Shown piece by piece: positions 1-11,414 of a DNA stretch of 58,618 nt. Source of the DNA: Chromera velia (lineage: Eukaryota); NCBI GenBank assembly GCA_018398765.1, contig JAHBMJ010000052.1:1-58618 (forward strand), given 5' to 3'. The translations under genes were made by a program, and so were the position numbers. The notes beneath the pieces were generated by a model that did not search any database, was not told the DNA's origin, and saw only the letters and a list, made by a program, of their open reading frames with translations. Within the stretch, counting starts at the first letter, position 1. Every line of letters begins with the position of its first letter.

Positions 1-299
1 ATGCTTCCTGAACAAGCAAGGGAAAACTCGTCGACCAGCAAGAAAGACCAGGGACGGGGTGGGTGTGGTGCCGCAGAGTGAGAAGGGGTAGCCGCCCCCT
101 CTCCGCCCAGAACGGATTCGCATGCTGTCTGGACAAGTAAAGGCAGGCAGCGTTAAAGCATCGTACTGCTGCTGTACGAAAATCAACGGAAACAAAAGAG
201 AACGGAAGGGGGGAGGGGGGGTAGGCAGACAGGAAGAATATCAGCCAGGCCAGGCAGACAGGATGATGGAAGTAGACAGACAGTGACGTCTCCTCGCTC
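1..299. repeat. Left arm of an inverted duplication (reverse complement of 2702-3000); probably continues beyond the window edge
   Basis: Base-by-base comparison: position i pairs with 3001-i. I count 5 mismatches in 299 bp (4 transitions, 1 transversion). Confidence 0.95.
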
Positions 300-952
300 A
301 AAACCTTCGAACCCTCGCCGGTCATATGAGCTGTGTGTCTCAGTGCGGCCGGCCGGAGTTTGGGGCCATCCCTTCCCTCTTAGGCATAAAAGTAAAAAGC
401 AAACACAAACGACTTCAGCATAGAGGCCCCATTGATCTTTCCTTCCTTCCTTCCAATCTTCTTTCTGGAAACCTTGTCGGTCCCAATTAACAAATGAACT
501 TTAATGAATTCGTTAGCCTCGTAGCATCTTAACTTGAAATGAACTCGGAATTTAATTTTTGTTGAAGCCGGCCCTCCGTTGCGTACGACTTAGATAATGA
601 AATTGTATAAATGTGATATGCAGAAAAAAAAAAATTTCATGCATATTTTCTCCATTTTTTTTTTCTTTTTTTTCTCGCTCCGGGCCCAGTTTTCGTCCTG
701 AAAACCTCCAGAGGTGATGCGAGTTTCAATGGTTGTCCCATTGAACACTGTGAGAAAGTGATCGTTGTTATTTTCACTTACTTTCAACTTCGAGATCCTT
801 CACCTTCAGTAGCCTTCAGTACACTACCAATTATCTGACGTCCGCCTGGCACCATAAATTCATGTACATTACTCCATATCATGCATACATACATGCAATA
901 ACACATTCCATCATGACACATGTATTTCTTGCCTTGGACTTTAAAACCATTT

Positions 953-991
<39 letters not shown>

Positions 992-1134
992 TACACATAC
1001 ACACACACATACACAAATGTATCCAAACATATATATATATATATATATATATACTTGGTAAGTTGATTGGGGGCTTCGTTCAATGCATCAAATCGATTGA
1101 TCGTGCTGTACCCCGAGCAGTGTAGAATGAGTGC

Positions 1135-1881
1135 TTGGCTGGCTTGTGTGAACCCTTTGTTAAGACAGTGAAATGGCTGGCTGTTCCTTTGGACTGCTCC
1201 TTTTTATGGCCTCCTTTGCCAAGCTCAGTGGGGGACAACTTTAAAAGAAAAGGCAAAGGCAGAAGGAAAAGGGTGGTAAAAAAGATTGTGGAGGGTGTTT
1301 GGCTGTCCGATTGGTTAAAAGAAGACAATAGAAGCGTTAGGGACAGAGACGGAATTTTCCCCCACCTTGCGAATCTCTCTCCTTTCCAATATGAGAACCC
1401 AACCAGACAGCGTTTGGCCATACATCTTCTGAATGAAAGGAAATGGCGATCGAAAAGCGAAATGATACAGTGCAGTGTTGAACCTCTCCCTAAGAGTCTG
1501 TTGCAGTCCTCCGCAAACTTTTATACACTTTTCAGGGCTCTCATGAGGGGGGACATCGATAGAACTCAACCAGAACGACTGTCTAACAGATGTTTGTCCC
1601 CCTCGCGTATGATTAAGGAAGAGGTTCATATTCTGATGGAATGTAAAGACTCTGAAAGGGAGCGGAGCAGGCTGAAAGAACTGTACAAAATTGTAAAACA
1701 GAGAGCGCCTATTGACATAAGAATAAAAATCGCACAAAGTGTTACGGGTGCAACAGGGAGAGGCACTTCAGATAATAAGAAGAAAATGAAGGAGATGGTG
1801 TTACTATTATGTACGATCCTGCCTAGAAGCGGCTCTAAAGCGCTAGCCAACTGTCTGAAAAAGGTTTATTATGTCGATCAG
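1135..1881 (+). CDS. Exon of an unknown basic protein, probably a decayed gene in the spacer of the inverted repeat
   Basis: About 250 codons of non-repetitive open frame ending at a good donor (gatcag|gtaagc, intron from 1882). The same frame continues upstream through a TAG at 1123-1125 (...DRAVPRAV*NECLAGLCEP...). No domain recognised. Confidence 0.45.
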
Positions 1882-2395
1882 GTAAGCTGAGTAGAGTCGT
1901 TTCGATTGGCATGCAGGCTTCCTCCCACCCTTCCCCCCCCCCCATGAATGTGTGCTCTGGGTTGTCCTCAAAGCCTTGTTAGTGGCTTGGGATTTAGCAT
2001 TACTGAATCTAGGATTTAACCCTGAATCGTCATTATCATCATCATATAACAAAATTTTTGTGTTTAAATTAATGGTATTGTCTGTATGATTCAGTTTGTG
2101 CGAACGGTTTGGAACGGTCAAAGAATATGCGCGTTGCCTTCTTCTAACACTTCTATGACTTTGAGAGGATTCAGAGGAACCTCTGCCTATCCCCCCACAA
2201 AGCCCTTATTGCCCGCTGGCATAGTCATCTTCTTTCAAGTTCTCCGAATCTTCTCAAAGTCGGAGATGTCTGCAACTCGAAAAATATTTTTAAAACGACT
2301 CACATTATATTGTCTTCAACCATCAGACCAAATATTGCTGTTTCGCCATTGCCCTCAAATAGAGGGGCGCGAAGACACTTGGTCATCCAATCTTT

Positions 2396-2682
2396 ATGTT
2401 TTGGATCACGATTACCGGGGAGGATGGGTTGATTACCGAGGAGGAGCTCAACGCTCCCAAGTGGATCGACTATGTCCTCCAACCGCAAAATGCGGAAGAA
2501 AGGGACTCTCCTTTCAAAACCCTCCCCCTTGACACGCCCTATATTGAAGTGCTGGGTGATGGCAAGTGCCTTTACAGCTGCTTTGCGAACAGACTGGGAG
2601 GGACGTTGGACTCTGTTCTCCGCAGTATCACAGATTTCATTCGCACATTCGATGAGAAAGGCACGTTGGTCTTCGGAACGCC
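2396..2682 (+). CDS. OTU-like cysteine protease (deubiquitinase) domain exon, gene model incomplete
   Basis: IEVLGDGKCLYSCFANRL matches the OTU catalytic-cysteine motif (V.GDGNCLF.A.A). It is followed by intron-like sequence from about 2683. The catalytic His was not located. Confidence 0.6.
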
Positions 2683-2701
2683 GGTTAGGGGAGAAGAGAG
2701 A

Positions 2702-3000
2702 GAGCGAGGAGACGTCACTGTCTGTCTACTTCCATCATCCTGTCTGCCTGGCCTGGCTGATATTCTTCCTGTCTGCCTACCCCCCCTCCCCCCTTCCGTT
2801 CTCTTTTGTTTCCGTTGATTTTCGAACAGCAGCAGTACGATGCTTTAACGCTGCCTGCCTTTACTTGTCCAGACAGCATGCAAACCCGTTTTGGGCAGAG
2901 AGGGGGCGGCTACCCCTTCTCACTCTGCGGCACCACACCCACCCCGTCCCTGGTCTTTCTTGCTGGTCGACGAGTTTTCCCTTGCTTGTTCAGGAAGCAT
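2702..3000. repeat. Right arm of the inverted duplication (pairs with 1-299)
   Basis: gagcgaggagacgtcactg...gttcaggaagcat is the reverse complement of window positions 299..1. Confidence 0.95.
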
Positions 3001-3663
3001 GCAAACCTGACCATAGTCGGGCGAGGGATGAGCCCTTGCATTGCTGCAGGGGGTCATAAACCGCTCCCTCTCTGCACTCGTCGTCTATGTGTCCGTTCCC
3101 ATCTCTCTGCTTTCTTTTTCTTCCTATCTTTTAGTGTTCCTCTCTCTTTAATTCTTACTCTTGGTGTGACAATCCCTTTCTCTCACTCTTTCTCTGTCTG
3201 TCTCTCTCTCTCGTTCCCTCAAACTCTTGCTTTCTTTGTCTCCATGCGTACGTCTGAGTCAGTATCTTCCACTCGCTCTTTGGGGCTAGGGAGGTGCTCT
3301 TGTCGATATGCAGTCCCAAATTTCATTCATTGATGGCCAGCCGGTTAAATCCGTATCCCAGGCATACCTCGAGCAAGAGATGCTCTTTGGCGTTGAACCT
3401 GGGCGTCTCTCTGCCGGCGGAGAGTACGGACTTTTTGCTGGTTTGCCCCAAGTTCTGTGGACTGCCTTCTCTCTTTCTCCCCCTTTTGCCTCATGCTCTC
3501 TTCCTATCGCTTCCTCCTCTGTTTTGCCTCCTGCATGCACGAAGAAATGTGCCTCATACGGGAGCGTGTTTCCTTCATGTCCCGAAGAGCCTCTATCTTC
3601 TTCCTCTTGGCGAGGAACTCTAGAGATCTCTGGCTGTCCCTCTCCTCTCTCATCCGCCGTCTA

Positions 3664-6600
3664 TTATCTTTCTGCCTTCTCACCTCCTCCACATGCCTGG
3701 ACCGGGAAACTCGAAGGGGGATAGAACGGAGAGGATTCAGTTGACGGTTCCCCTGATAATTTTGGGTCTAGAGGGCCCAGATGTTCCTCTCTGTCCGTCT
3801 CTTTTCCTCCCCCCTCTCCCTTACTGGAACGTCTCTCTGACCTTTCGCTCGAAGAATGCTCGTCCCACTCCCTGTCTCCCTCGCTTTGCTCGCTTGCTAA
3901 TCCCTCTGACCTACTGTCTGGAGGAAGTCCCCCCACCCCCTCCAGCTCGCTTCTCTCACCCTGAGCGTCTGGCAGGCCCCCCTCAGAATCGCTCTGCAAT
4001 TGCTCGAAAAAGTTACCGAGACCGTCTAGCAAAGAAAGCGGTATCTGTGGGGCAAGACAGCCATACTCACACTGCGCAGCTGCTTCCCAAGACAGTCTGG
4101 GCAGTTGCTGGGCGCATGTGACAATGGAGAGGGCTCTAACGTACATCTTTCTGTGTGCATAGAGAAGGTGACTGACGGAGGAATTCAGAGAGGCGAGAAT
4201 TTCTCTCTCTGTGAGACGAAATCTCTGTTTAGGGGAGACGTCTACGACTCCATTCGATCCGACCTTACTTGCTTCCCCCCTCCCCCCATGAACCTGAAGG
4301 CCCAATGAGTTCGCCCAATCTGTCACGTGATGCGCAAAAAGAGGAAGCACACAGAGAACAGAAGCCCGCATGCCGGTACCCACATTTGTAGGACACGAAG
4401 TGAGAAATCCAAACTCTCTGTCCCATGCAAACACTTTGTTATCCTCTGCAGTCAGCCAATCTGATTCAGCCAGCTTGACACAGAGGCAAGCCTCGAGCTG
4501 ATCTAACAGGGACGAGAGACGACAGAAGAGGGCGGAGAAATCGTCAGAGTCTGAGATTATCTGAACTCTTAAATGGTCCTCTTCCCCTACCCACACCCGT
4601 ACGTTTTTGTCCATCAAAACAAACCCCCCTCTCCCTGCAGGCCAGTGTTCGTTGATGCCAGCTGAAGCAAAATAGTTCGAGGGGGGGGGAAACAGGACTC
4701 TCTCTTACACCAGAAATTCGACATCCTCTTCAGTCCTGCCCTCAAACTCAAAAAACGCACCGCCGCACTCGATTTCGAGCAACGCCGATCGAACGACAGC
4801 AAGCAGCTCCCTGCGGTCTTCTAATGACCTTCGGGAGGGGAGAGGGAAGGGCTTCATATTTTGAGCGACGCGGATTTTCAGGGACACTCTTTGTCCCTAC
4901 TGCTGAAAGGAGGGGAGACCGGGAGGCAGAGGCATGAAATCCTTTGCGGGCTGCACCGTCACAGGAGACACCCGTTGACAGTGGTGAATGAGGGGGCCCA
5001 GACTCTCCCTGTATCTGTCTATGTCTAAGGCGTCCCCAAGCATACAGCCCCCCCCACCCCTAAATATCACCATCTCCCAGCAGTGCAGATACTCTTTCGC
5101 AGACTGCGAATCAGATTGCTCCCAGAACACAGAGGGAAGGAAAAAAGAAGCCAACCAAGACGGTCGATTCTCCCCCCTGTGCTCTAGCTGCGCAGTCTGG
5201 ATGTCCCTCAACTTTTCTAAGAGGGACCTGAAAGAGGGAAAGACTTCTGGATTCCGCACCTGGGTGTCCCATTCGGCCAGCAGACCGTCATATTCATCCC
5301 CCCAGTCCTCTTGGAAAGTCCACAGCTGAAGAGAGACGCGTTTGACAGCGGCCTTGCACGCCTCACTTGCAGTTCTGTTTGGTGCAGCAGGTGGGGCTAA
5401 CTCAAAAGCTGCTGCAAGGGGCTGCAAATAGGGAAGACCGGGAGGGGGAGTACCTCCATTTGAAAGTGAGTTGTTCGAGTCGGATCGGGAAAGGGGAGGA
5501 GATGCTCTGTGGAACTCCTCAGTGACTGTCCGGAAGGGCGGAGGCAAAGGCTGGGCTGCCAGTCGCGGGAGCGGGAGGGGGAAGATCATTTCTAAATCCT
5601 CTTTCGAGACGGAGACAGACAGAGGTGTAGGAGGGATCTGATTTTTAACGTTCCCCGGCGAGGAGGCAGTCCGGTGGGGGGTGGAAGGAGGACTGCCAGA
5701 CTGAGAGAGCCGTCTCTCATTGTGTCCATTTTGACTGGCCTCCGAGTGAGGATGGATTGTTGGGATCAAGCGGAATTTTCGAGGAAAAAGTCGAAAGGAT
5801 TCAATTTGAAGTGACACAGTGTGGAGGCATGCAAGCAGCAAGAAAGAGAGGAGAAAAATACATGCGGCTGCCTGAAAAGGACGATCGAGTCGGTGGAATT
5901 CAGTCTTGTGGTCTTTCTCCAAAATTTTCTTCCACTCGCTGGGAGGGGCATCCTGAGGGATTGTGTCTCTCATTTTTTTCCATGTGTCGGGGAAAATGAG
6001 GAACTGTGGGTCCTCTAAGCAGATGTGGCAAACTGATTTTTCCGTCTGCTTTCGCGAGGACGTCAGCCAATACGACGGGTCAGACTCCCCAGGGTCTCTC
6101 CAGACGTCGCACAGGGTTCCTACGGGCTCAAGCGTGGCTGGCTGCTGTAACGGGGGGACTACTCTCAGAGGCCTTCCGTGCGCTTTCAGAGAGGGACAGC
6201 GATTCTCCGACAAAATTGTGTCAGCGTCTTCATGAGAAGCACTCAGGGGCGGGGGGAAGGAGACGGTGTCACTCTCTCCAACTGAATCACTCTGTGGGAG
6301 AGTGGTCGTGGGGGCGCCAGGTGATAGGGGGGGAAAGAGGATAGGAGCTGGGGTGGTGGTGGTAAGTTCAGTTATAGGAGTGAAAGTGGCTATTTGGGGT
6401 AGGGGGGGTGTGATAGACGGAGCTTCGTTGGGTTTGGGTGTTGAGACTCCCTGCTCGCCCTGCATTCTCTCATACTCCTTGTGGTATACGGCAGCTACAG
6501 TCTCCCCCCCCTCTCTCCAGTGCACGTGGTGGTTGAATGCATCCAGAATGCGCTCGGCGTACAGAGCACAGAAGTCGGCCTGCACTGTTTTTGTGCAGAC

Positions 6601-7200
6601 CTCTATGACTGATGTCTGGAGTTTGTCGGGGAGGAGAGCGCCTGTGAGGACTTTTCTCAGGACTGTCTTTACATACTGCTGACAGGAACATTCGAAGTGG
6701 AACGGATTTAGGGACTCTGAACCCTTTCCGTTAGTGAGAATGGAATCACAGAACTGGCCTGAGACCTCTCCTACGGCTGCATCGGGAGACGCCCCTGCTG
6801 TATGAGAGGCTGCTGCTCCGGACGTCGTGGTGGGGTTCCTCAGACTTGCCCCCTGCAGAGGTGCTAGAGGAAGAGAAGAAAGGGCGGGAGGGGGGAAGGA
6901 GACAGTGTCAGTCTCTTCAACAGAATCTTTGGGCGGCAGCAGAGGTACGATCACAACGGTCTCGCCAGAGGATGCACTGGCGTAACGTCGAGAGAGCTCA
7001 GGGTCGCCGGGCCTGTTTCTCCACCAGAATGCTTCGCGCTGGCAAGAGGCAGCAGACAGGCCGCGAAGGCGAAGGCGAAGGCCAACAGCCGCATCGAGAA
7101 GCAACCAAAGCCTCCCCTGGTGTACCTGCATGGGCCAAACAGAATGAACAATTTTTTCGGGATCAATAAGTGTACTGTGATTCCCGAATTGAGTATGCTT
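3664..7200 (-). pseudogene. Large protein with a C-terminal ATP:guanido phosphotransferase (arginine/phosphagen kinase-like) domain, disrupted by two in-frame stops
   Basis: ORFs 4897..7578, 4705..4887 and 3664..4617 are one frame: ...GCMLGDALDIDRYRESLGPLIHHCQ...SFQQ*GQRVSLKIRVAQNMKPFPLP...EFLV*ERVLFPPPSNYFASAGINEHWPAGRGGFVLMDKNVRVWVGEEDHLRV...FGFLTSCPTNVGTGMRASV...LGLQVHGGRGE...DVSPKQR. WPxGRG, EEDHLR and CPTNxGTGxRASV are family signatures. Stops are TAG at 4897-4899 and TAA at 4705-4707. The 5' boundary is approximate. Confidence 0.85.
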
Positions 7201-7279
7201 ACTCGCAAAAGGAAAGGACGCACAGACAGACGGGCTGGGTCCAAGGGAGGGAGGGAGGGAGGGAGGGAGGGAGGAGGGA

Positions 7280-7343
7280 GGGAGGGAGGGTGAGAGAGAC
7301 AGACAGACTATATGTTTCTTCTTCTCCCTCCTTTTCTTCATGA

Positions 7344-7383
<40 letters not shown>

Positions 7384-7635
7384 TATATGTTTCTTCTTCT
7401 CCCTCCTTTTCTTCATGAAGACAGACAGACAGACAGACAGACAGACTATATGTTTCTTCTTCCTCTCCCCCCTTTTCTTCATGAACACAACAGACAAAAA
7501 GAAAGAAAGAACAAAGACAAAAGAACAAGCTGCGCACAGACAGACTATATGTTTCTTCTTCTCCCGTCTTTTCTTCATGAACAGACAGACAGACAGACAG
7601 ACAGACAGACTATATGTTTCTTCTTACAGACAGAC

Positions 7636-7671
<36 letters not shown>

Positions 7672-9060
7672 TATGTGGTTTCTTCTTCTTCTCCCTCCTT
7701 TTCTTCATGAACACAACAGACAAAAAGAAAGAAAGAATAAAGACAAAAGAACAGCACCAACAATCAAACAGCGTGGGCAGGGGGCCCGAAAGGTGAGAGT
7801 TAAGCGCCCCTTGCCTCTCCACCTCCCGACAGACTTTCACGTGATCACTGGTTTCACACGCTACTCCTCTGCTGCTTCCACTCGAGACAAGAAAAGAAGA
7901 CAAGACGAAAAACCAACAAATGAAAAAAGAAAAAAAGAAAAAAAAAAAAAGAAAACTGCACGTGGGGACCGGCACCGTCATGGTCAGACAGGCTATATGT
8001 TTCTTCTTCTCCCTTCTTTTCTTCATGGACACAATGGTCAGACAGGCAGGCAGGCAGACAGACAGACAGACAGACAGACAGTTTTCTTTCCCAGTTTCTC
8101 TTTCTTCATCCTCTTCTGTCAGACAGATTATGTATTTCTTCTTCTCCCTGTAAGACAGACAGACAGACGGACGGACAAACAGACTTTATTGTCTTTTCTT
8201 TCCAAAACAGACAGACAGACTGTGTGTGCAGACAGACAGACAGACAGACAGACAGACAGGCTATGTGGTTTGTTTTCCTCGTCTTCTTCATGAGCACAAC
8301 AGATAAAAAGAAAGAAAGCAACAAAGAGAAAAGAACATCACAACAACTCAGACAAAGTGGGAAAGGGGGCCCGAAAGGTGAGAGTTAAGCGCCCCTTGCC
8401 TCTCCATCTCCCGACAAAGCGCCCCTTGCCTCTCCATCTCCCGACAGACTTTTGCGTGATCACTGGGATCACACATTAATCCTCTGTTGCTTCCACTCAA
8501 GACAAAACAAAGAGAAAAAAGGAAGAGAACAAAAGAAAAACGAAAAACGAGAAAAAAAAAGCGTACTGAACTTTAAAAAAGTACATACAGGAGACCGGGG
8601 TGGGGGCGGGAACTGGGACGGGTTCAGCAAGGGCTGTTGCACTGGAACTGGAGCTATTCTCATCTGTTCTGTGTAATCTTCTTGACAGACGGACGGACTG
8701 TATGGTTTCTTTCTCTCCTCTTCTTCATGAACAGACAGACATACAGACTATGTGTTTCTTCTTCTCCCTTCTTTTCTTTCTGTACATAACAGATAGACAG
8801 ACAGGCAGACTATATGTTTCTTTAGACAGACAGAATATATGTTTCTTCTTCTCCCTCCTTTTCTTCATGAACACCACAGACAGACAGGCAGACAGACAGA
8901 CAGACAGACAGGCTATGTGGTTGCTTTCCCTCCACACAGGCTACATCGTCCTTTCTTTCCAGACAGACAGACAGACAGACAGACGGACGGACGGACGGAC
9001 GGACGGACGGACAGAGACAGACAGTGCGGTTATTTCTCTTCCCTCTTTCTCTTCATGCAA
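7280..9060. repeat. Compound repeat: (GACA)n tracts alternating with about ten copies of ctatatgtttcttcttctccctccttttcttcatgaa, plus a duplicated ~200-bp block (about 7690-7890 and 8290-8500)
   Basis: Directly visible. The duplicated block shares gggggcccgaaaggtgagagttaagcgccccttgcctctcca, and the second copy has an internal ~30-bp tandem duplication near 8387-8445. Confidence 0.85.
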
Positions 9061-9593
9061 ACAACCAAGAGACAGATTGCATCGACAGGTATGCAGGCAG
9101 AGAGACAGACATACCAGAACAGAACAGACTAGGATAGAGGGGTGGAGAGCCGAAAGTACAAGGTCACGGAGAAACGCTTACCGATTCTTCTGCTTGGATA
9201 CACCGGAAGAGAAGCCTGCAGTGCACCCTCCGGCAACTTTTCCCGCCAAGTCATCCGTCCCCGTCTTGGTCTGTACATTAGTGGGCTCGTCTGCAGGGGA
9301 AACAACAAGCAAACATTCTAGTGAAGGTGACAGGTGGAGAAGTTAGGGAAAAAATTCTGAAGGCACGTGGCAGGCGTCTGAATCTTCGGCCTTCTTGAAG
9401 AAAAGGGTGGGAAGACCGGAAGCGGGTTGCCAGTCCACCCATCTAGCCACCAGCTGACTCGAGGGACAAATCGTTTTATTCTTTCCCTTTCCTTTCTCTT
9501 CTGTTTTCTTCTCTTCAAGCACATCACAGAAAAGAATGGAATGCACAGCAAGAAAGAGAGAGAAGAGAACCGACAAGAAAACCGAACGATAGA

Positions 9594-10557
9594 TCAGACA
9601 ATGCCGCAAACGGATGGAGAGATACACACACCGACAGACAAATAAGACAAACTGACATGTACACAGATTGGATGATAAAACGGTGCTGTAAGGGAACGGG
9701 TGGCACAAAAGCCGGTCACGAGACTGAGACACAGATTGAAACAAGGGATACATCTCTCAAACTTACTCTGGTCTCTCAGAGCCTTCTCGCGAGCCGCGGA
9801 GAGCACAGACCGGCGCGTTGATAGAGGAGCAGATTGTTCCGCAATCATGCCCTCGTCGTCCTGCCTCCGCTCTCTACCAACTTCCTGCTCTGTCTCATTC
9901 TTCTGCCCATCCCTCTCCTGCTCCTCAAACTGCTGAATTGAAAGCAGCGACCTTGCCGTGTTCTGCTGCTGTTGACTTCGCAGTTCTGCATTTTCGTTCT
10001 CTGCGCGCATCCGCAGTTCCCTCTCCTCCTGGGCATCTTTCTCCAACTTTTCATACGCAGTGTTTCTTACAGCGAGCTCCCTCCTGGTGGTCGTCAGCTC
10101 CGCATCCAAACCTTTGTTCTCTTCCTCAAGTTCATGGATGTGCTCCTCAGCACTCTGCAGGCATCAAGAACATGGAACAAGCAGCTGAGGTAAAGGGAAA
10201 GGGACTCAAACAACACATCGATACGTCTTTCCTTTGTATACAGCGCTCATTCTGAGTCCTTCTGCCTTCCTTTCCAAAATCTGGGCGATTTCTCGTCTTT
10301 CATTGAGCTGTTTGGTCGGTGCCTCTCATAGCTCGTACAAGGTTCTTCTCGTATTCTTTCGGGACAAAATCAAGGCAGACAAGAAAGCATGCATGCACTC
10401 TTTCGCTTACATACTTGTTGAACCGGTAAAAGGAATGTCAGAAAGAAGCAAAGCCGTAAGTGCACTGGCCGGAAAGGCAAGCCAGGGAGGTTTCCACGGA
10501 AGCCACAATTTCTATATATTTGTCGCTTACCTCGGCCCTTCTTCGGTAGTCCGTCAT
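9594..10557 (-). pseudogene. Spliced coiled-coil protein gene with in-frame TGA stops
   Basis: Exon-like blocks MTDYRRRAE|gtaag; NTRRTLYEL*EAPTKQLNERREIAQILERKAEGLRM (TGA 10326-10328); LLVPCS*CLQSAEEHIHELEEENKGLDAELTTTRRELAVRNTAYEKLEKDAQEERELR (TGA 10164-10166). E/R/K/L-rich heptad character. Exon boundaries are approximate. Confidence 0.6.
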
Positions 10558-10587
10558 GATTCAACCGCACAGTCCTTTGCGTTAAAT

Positions 10588-10899
10588 GAGGTCACCTCGA
10601 AGCAGTTCCTTCGTGGGTGTTGCGAAGAGGCTGTTGAAGGAAAGATTGCAAGAAATGTCCTGAAAACAACAAAAACAAGGGCTATGAGATCGCTCAACGT
10701 GATCGAGTCAAGGTGCACTCAAGCCGTGGAACACTGGAAGAAGGAGGTCACCTCCAAGCAGTTCCTTCGTGGGTGTTGCGAAGAGGCTGTTGAAGGAAAG
10801 ATGGCAAGAAATGTCCTGAAAACAACAAAAACAAGGGCTATGAGATCGCTCAACGTGATCGAGTCGAGGTGCACTCAAGCCGTGGAACACTGGAAGAAG
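10588..10899 (+). repeat. Two tandem copies of a 156-bp (52-codon) unit
   Basis: Copies start at 10588 and 10744 with 3 differences. The + frame reads EVTSKQFLRGCCEEAVEGK(I/M)ARNVLKTTKTRAMRSLNVIESRCTQAVEHWKK twice. Confidence 0.9.
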
Positions 10900-11109
10900 G
10901 AGCTCACGAATGCTCCGACTCGGGCAATGAATCTTTCTGGATAGAGATGTATTAATATCGATGTATGGCTGCATGCATGGAGTTTGAGCTTTGAATCATG
11001 CAGTACGCGTACGAGATAGCTATAGTACTATATATCAATAGCTGTTGCATTGATTGATTTCTTAATTCGACAATAAAGTTATTTCGCTTTGTTTTTTTTG
11101 CGCTTTGGA

Positions 11110-11414
11110 TAAAAGGAGCCGGTTGGGGACATGGCTTCATGCATGTATGCATTCGTACAAAAATGCAATTTATTCAAGGCTCTGCATGCATATGAGGCAA
11201 ACTCATTATAGATTGAAAAAAAATTCAAGCGAATGTGTTAATAGTGTGTCCCCAACCGGCGATTCGCGCAACAAATATATATGCATGCATCGGTAATTAA
11301 TTCAGGAATCCGGCTGGGGACATTCAGGCATATGTATTGTGAATTCAGGAAAATTATGTGAAAGTGCATGCAATGGGATCATAATAACAACCGACTCCAT
11401 ACCGGCTCCTTTTA
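11110..11414. mobile_element. MITE-like non-autonomous element with terminal and internal inverted repeats
   Basis: taaaaggagccggt (11110-11123) is the perfect inverse of accggctcctttta (11401-11414). Internal gccggttggggaca (11118-11131) is the inverse of tgtccccaaccggc (11247-11260), and a third related copy ccggctggggaca lies near 11310. Confidence 0.55.

Noticed and set aside
2162..2395. Additional in-frame stops upstream of the OTU motif as further hypermutation evidence
   Set aside because: The true coding frame in 2095-2395 is ambiguous among three frames, so these stops were not counted.
7199..9346. ORFs rich in TDRQ/SVCL/ERER/FLSF here and in many introns
   Set aside because: They are translations of (GACA)n, (GA)n and (GAAA)n microsatellites.
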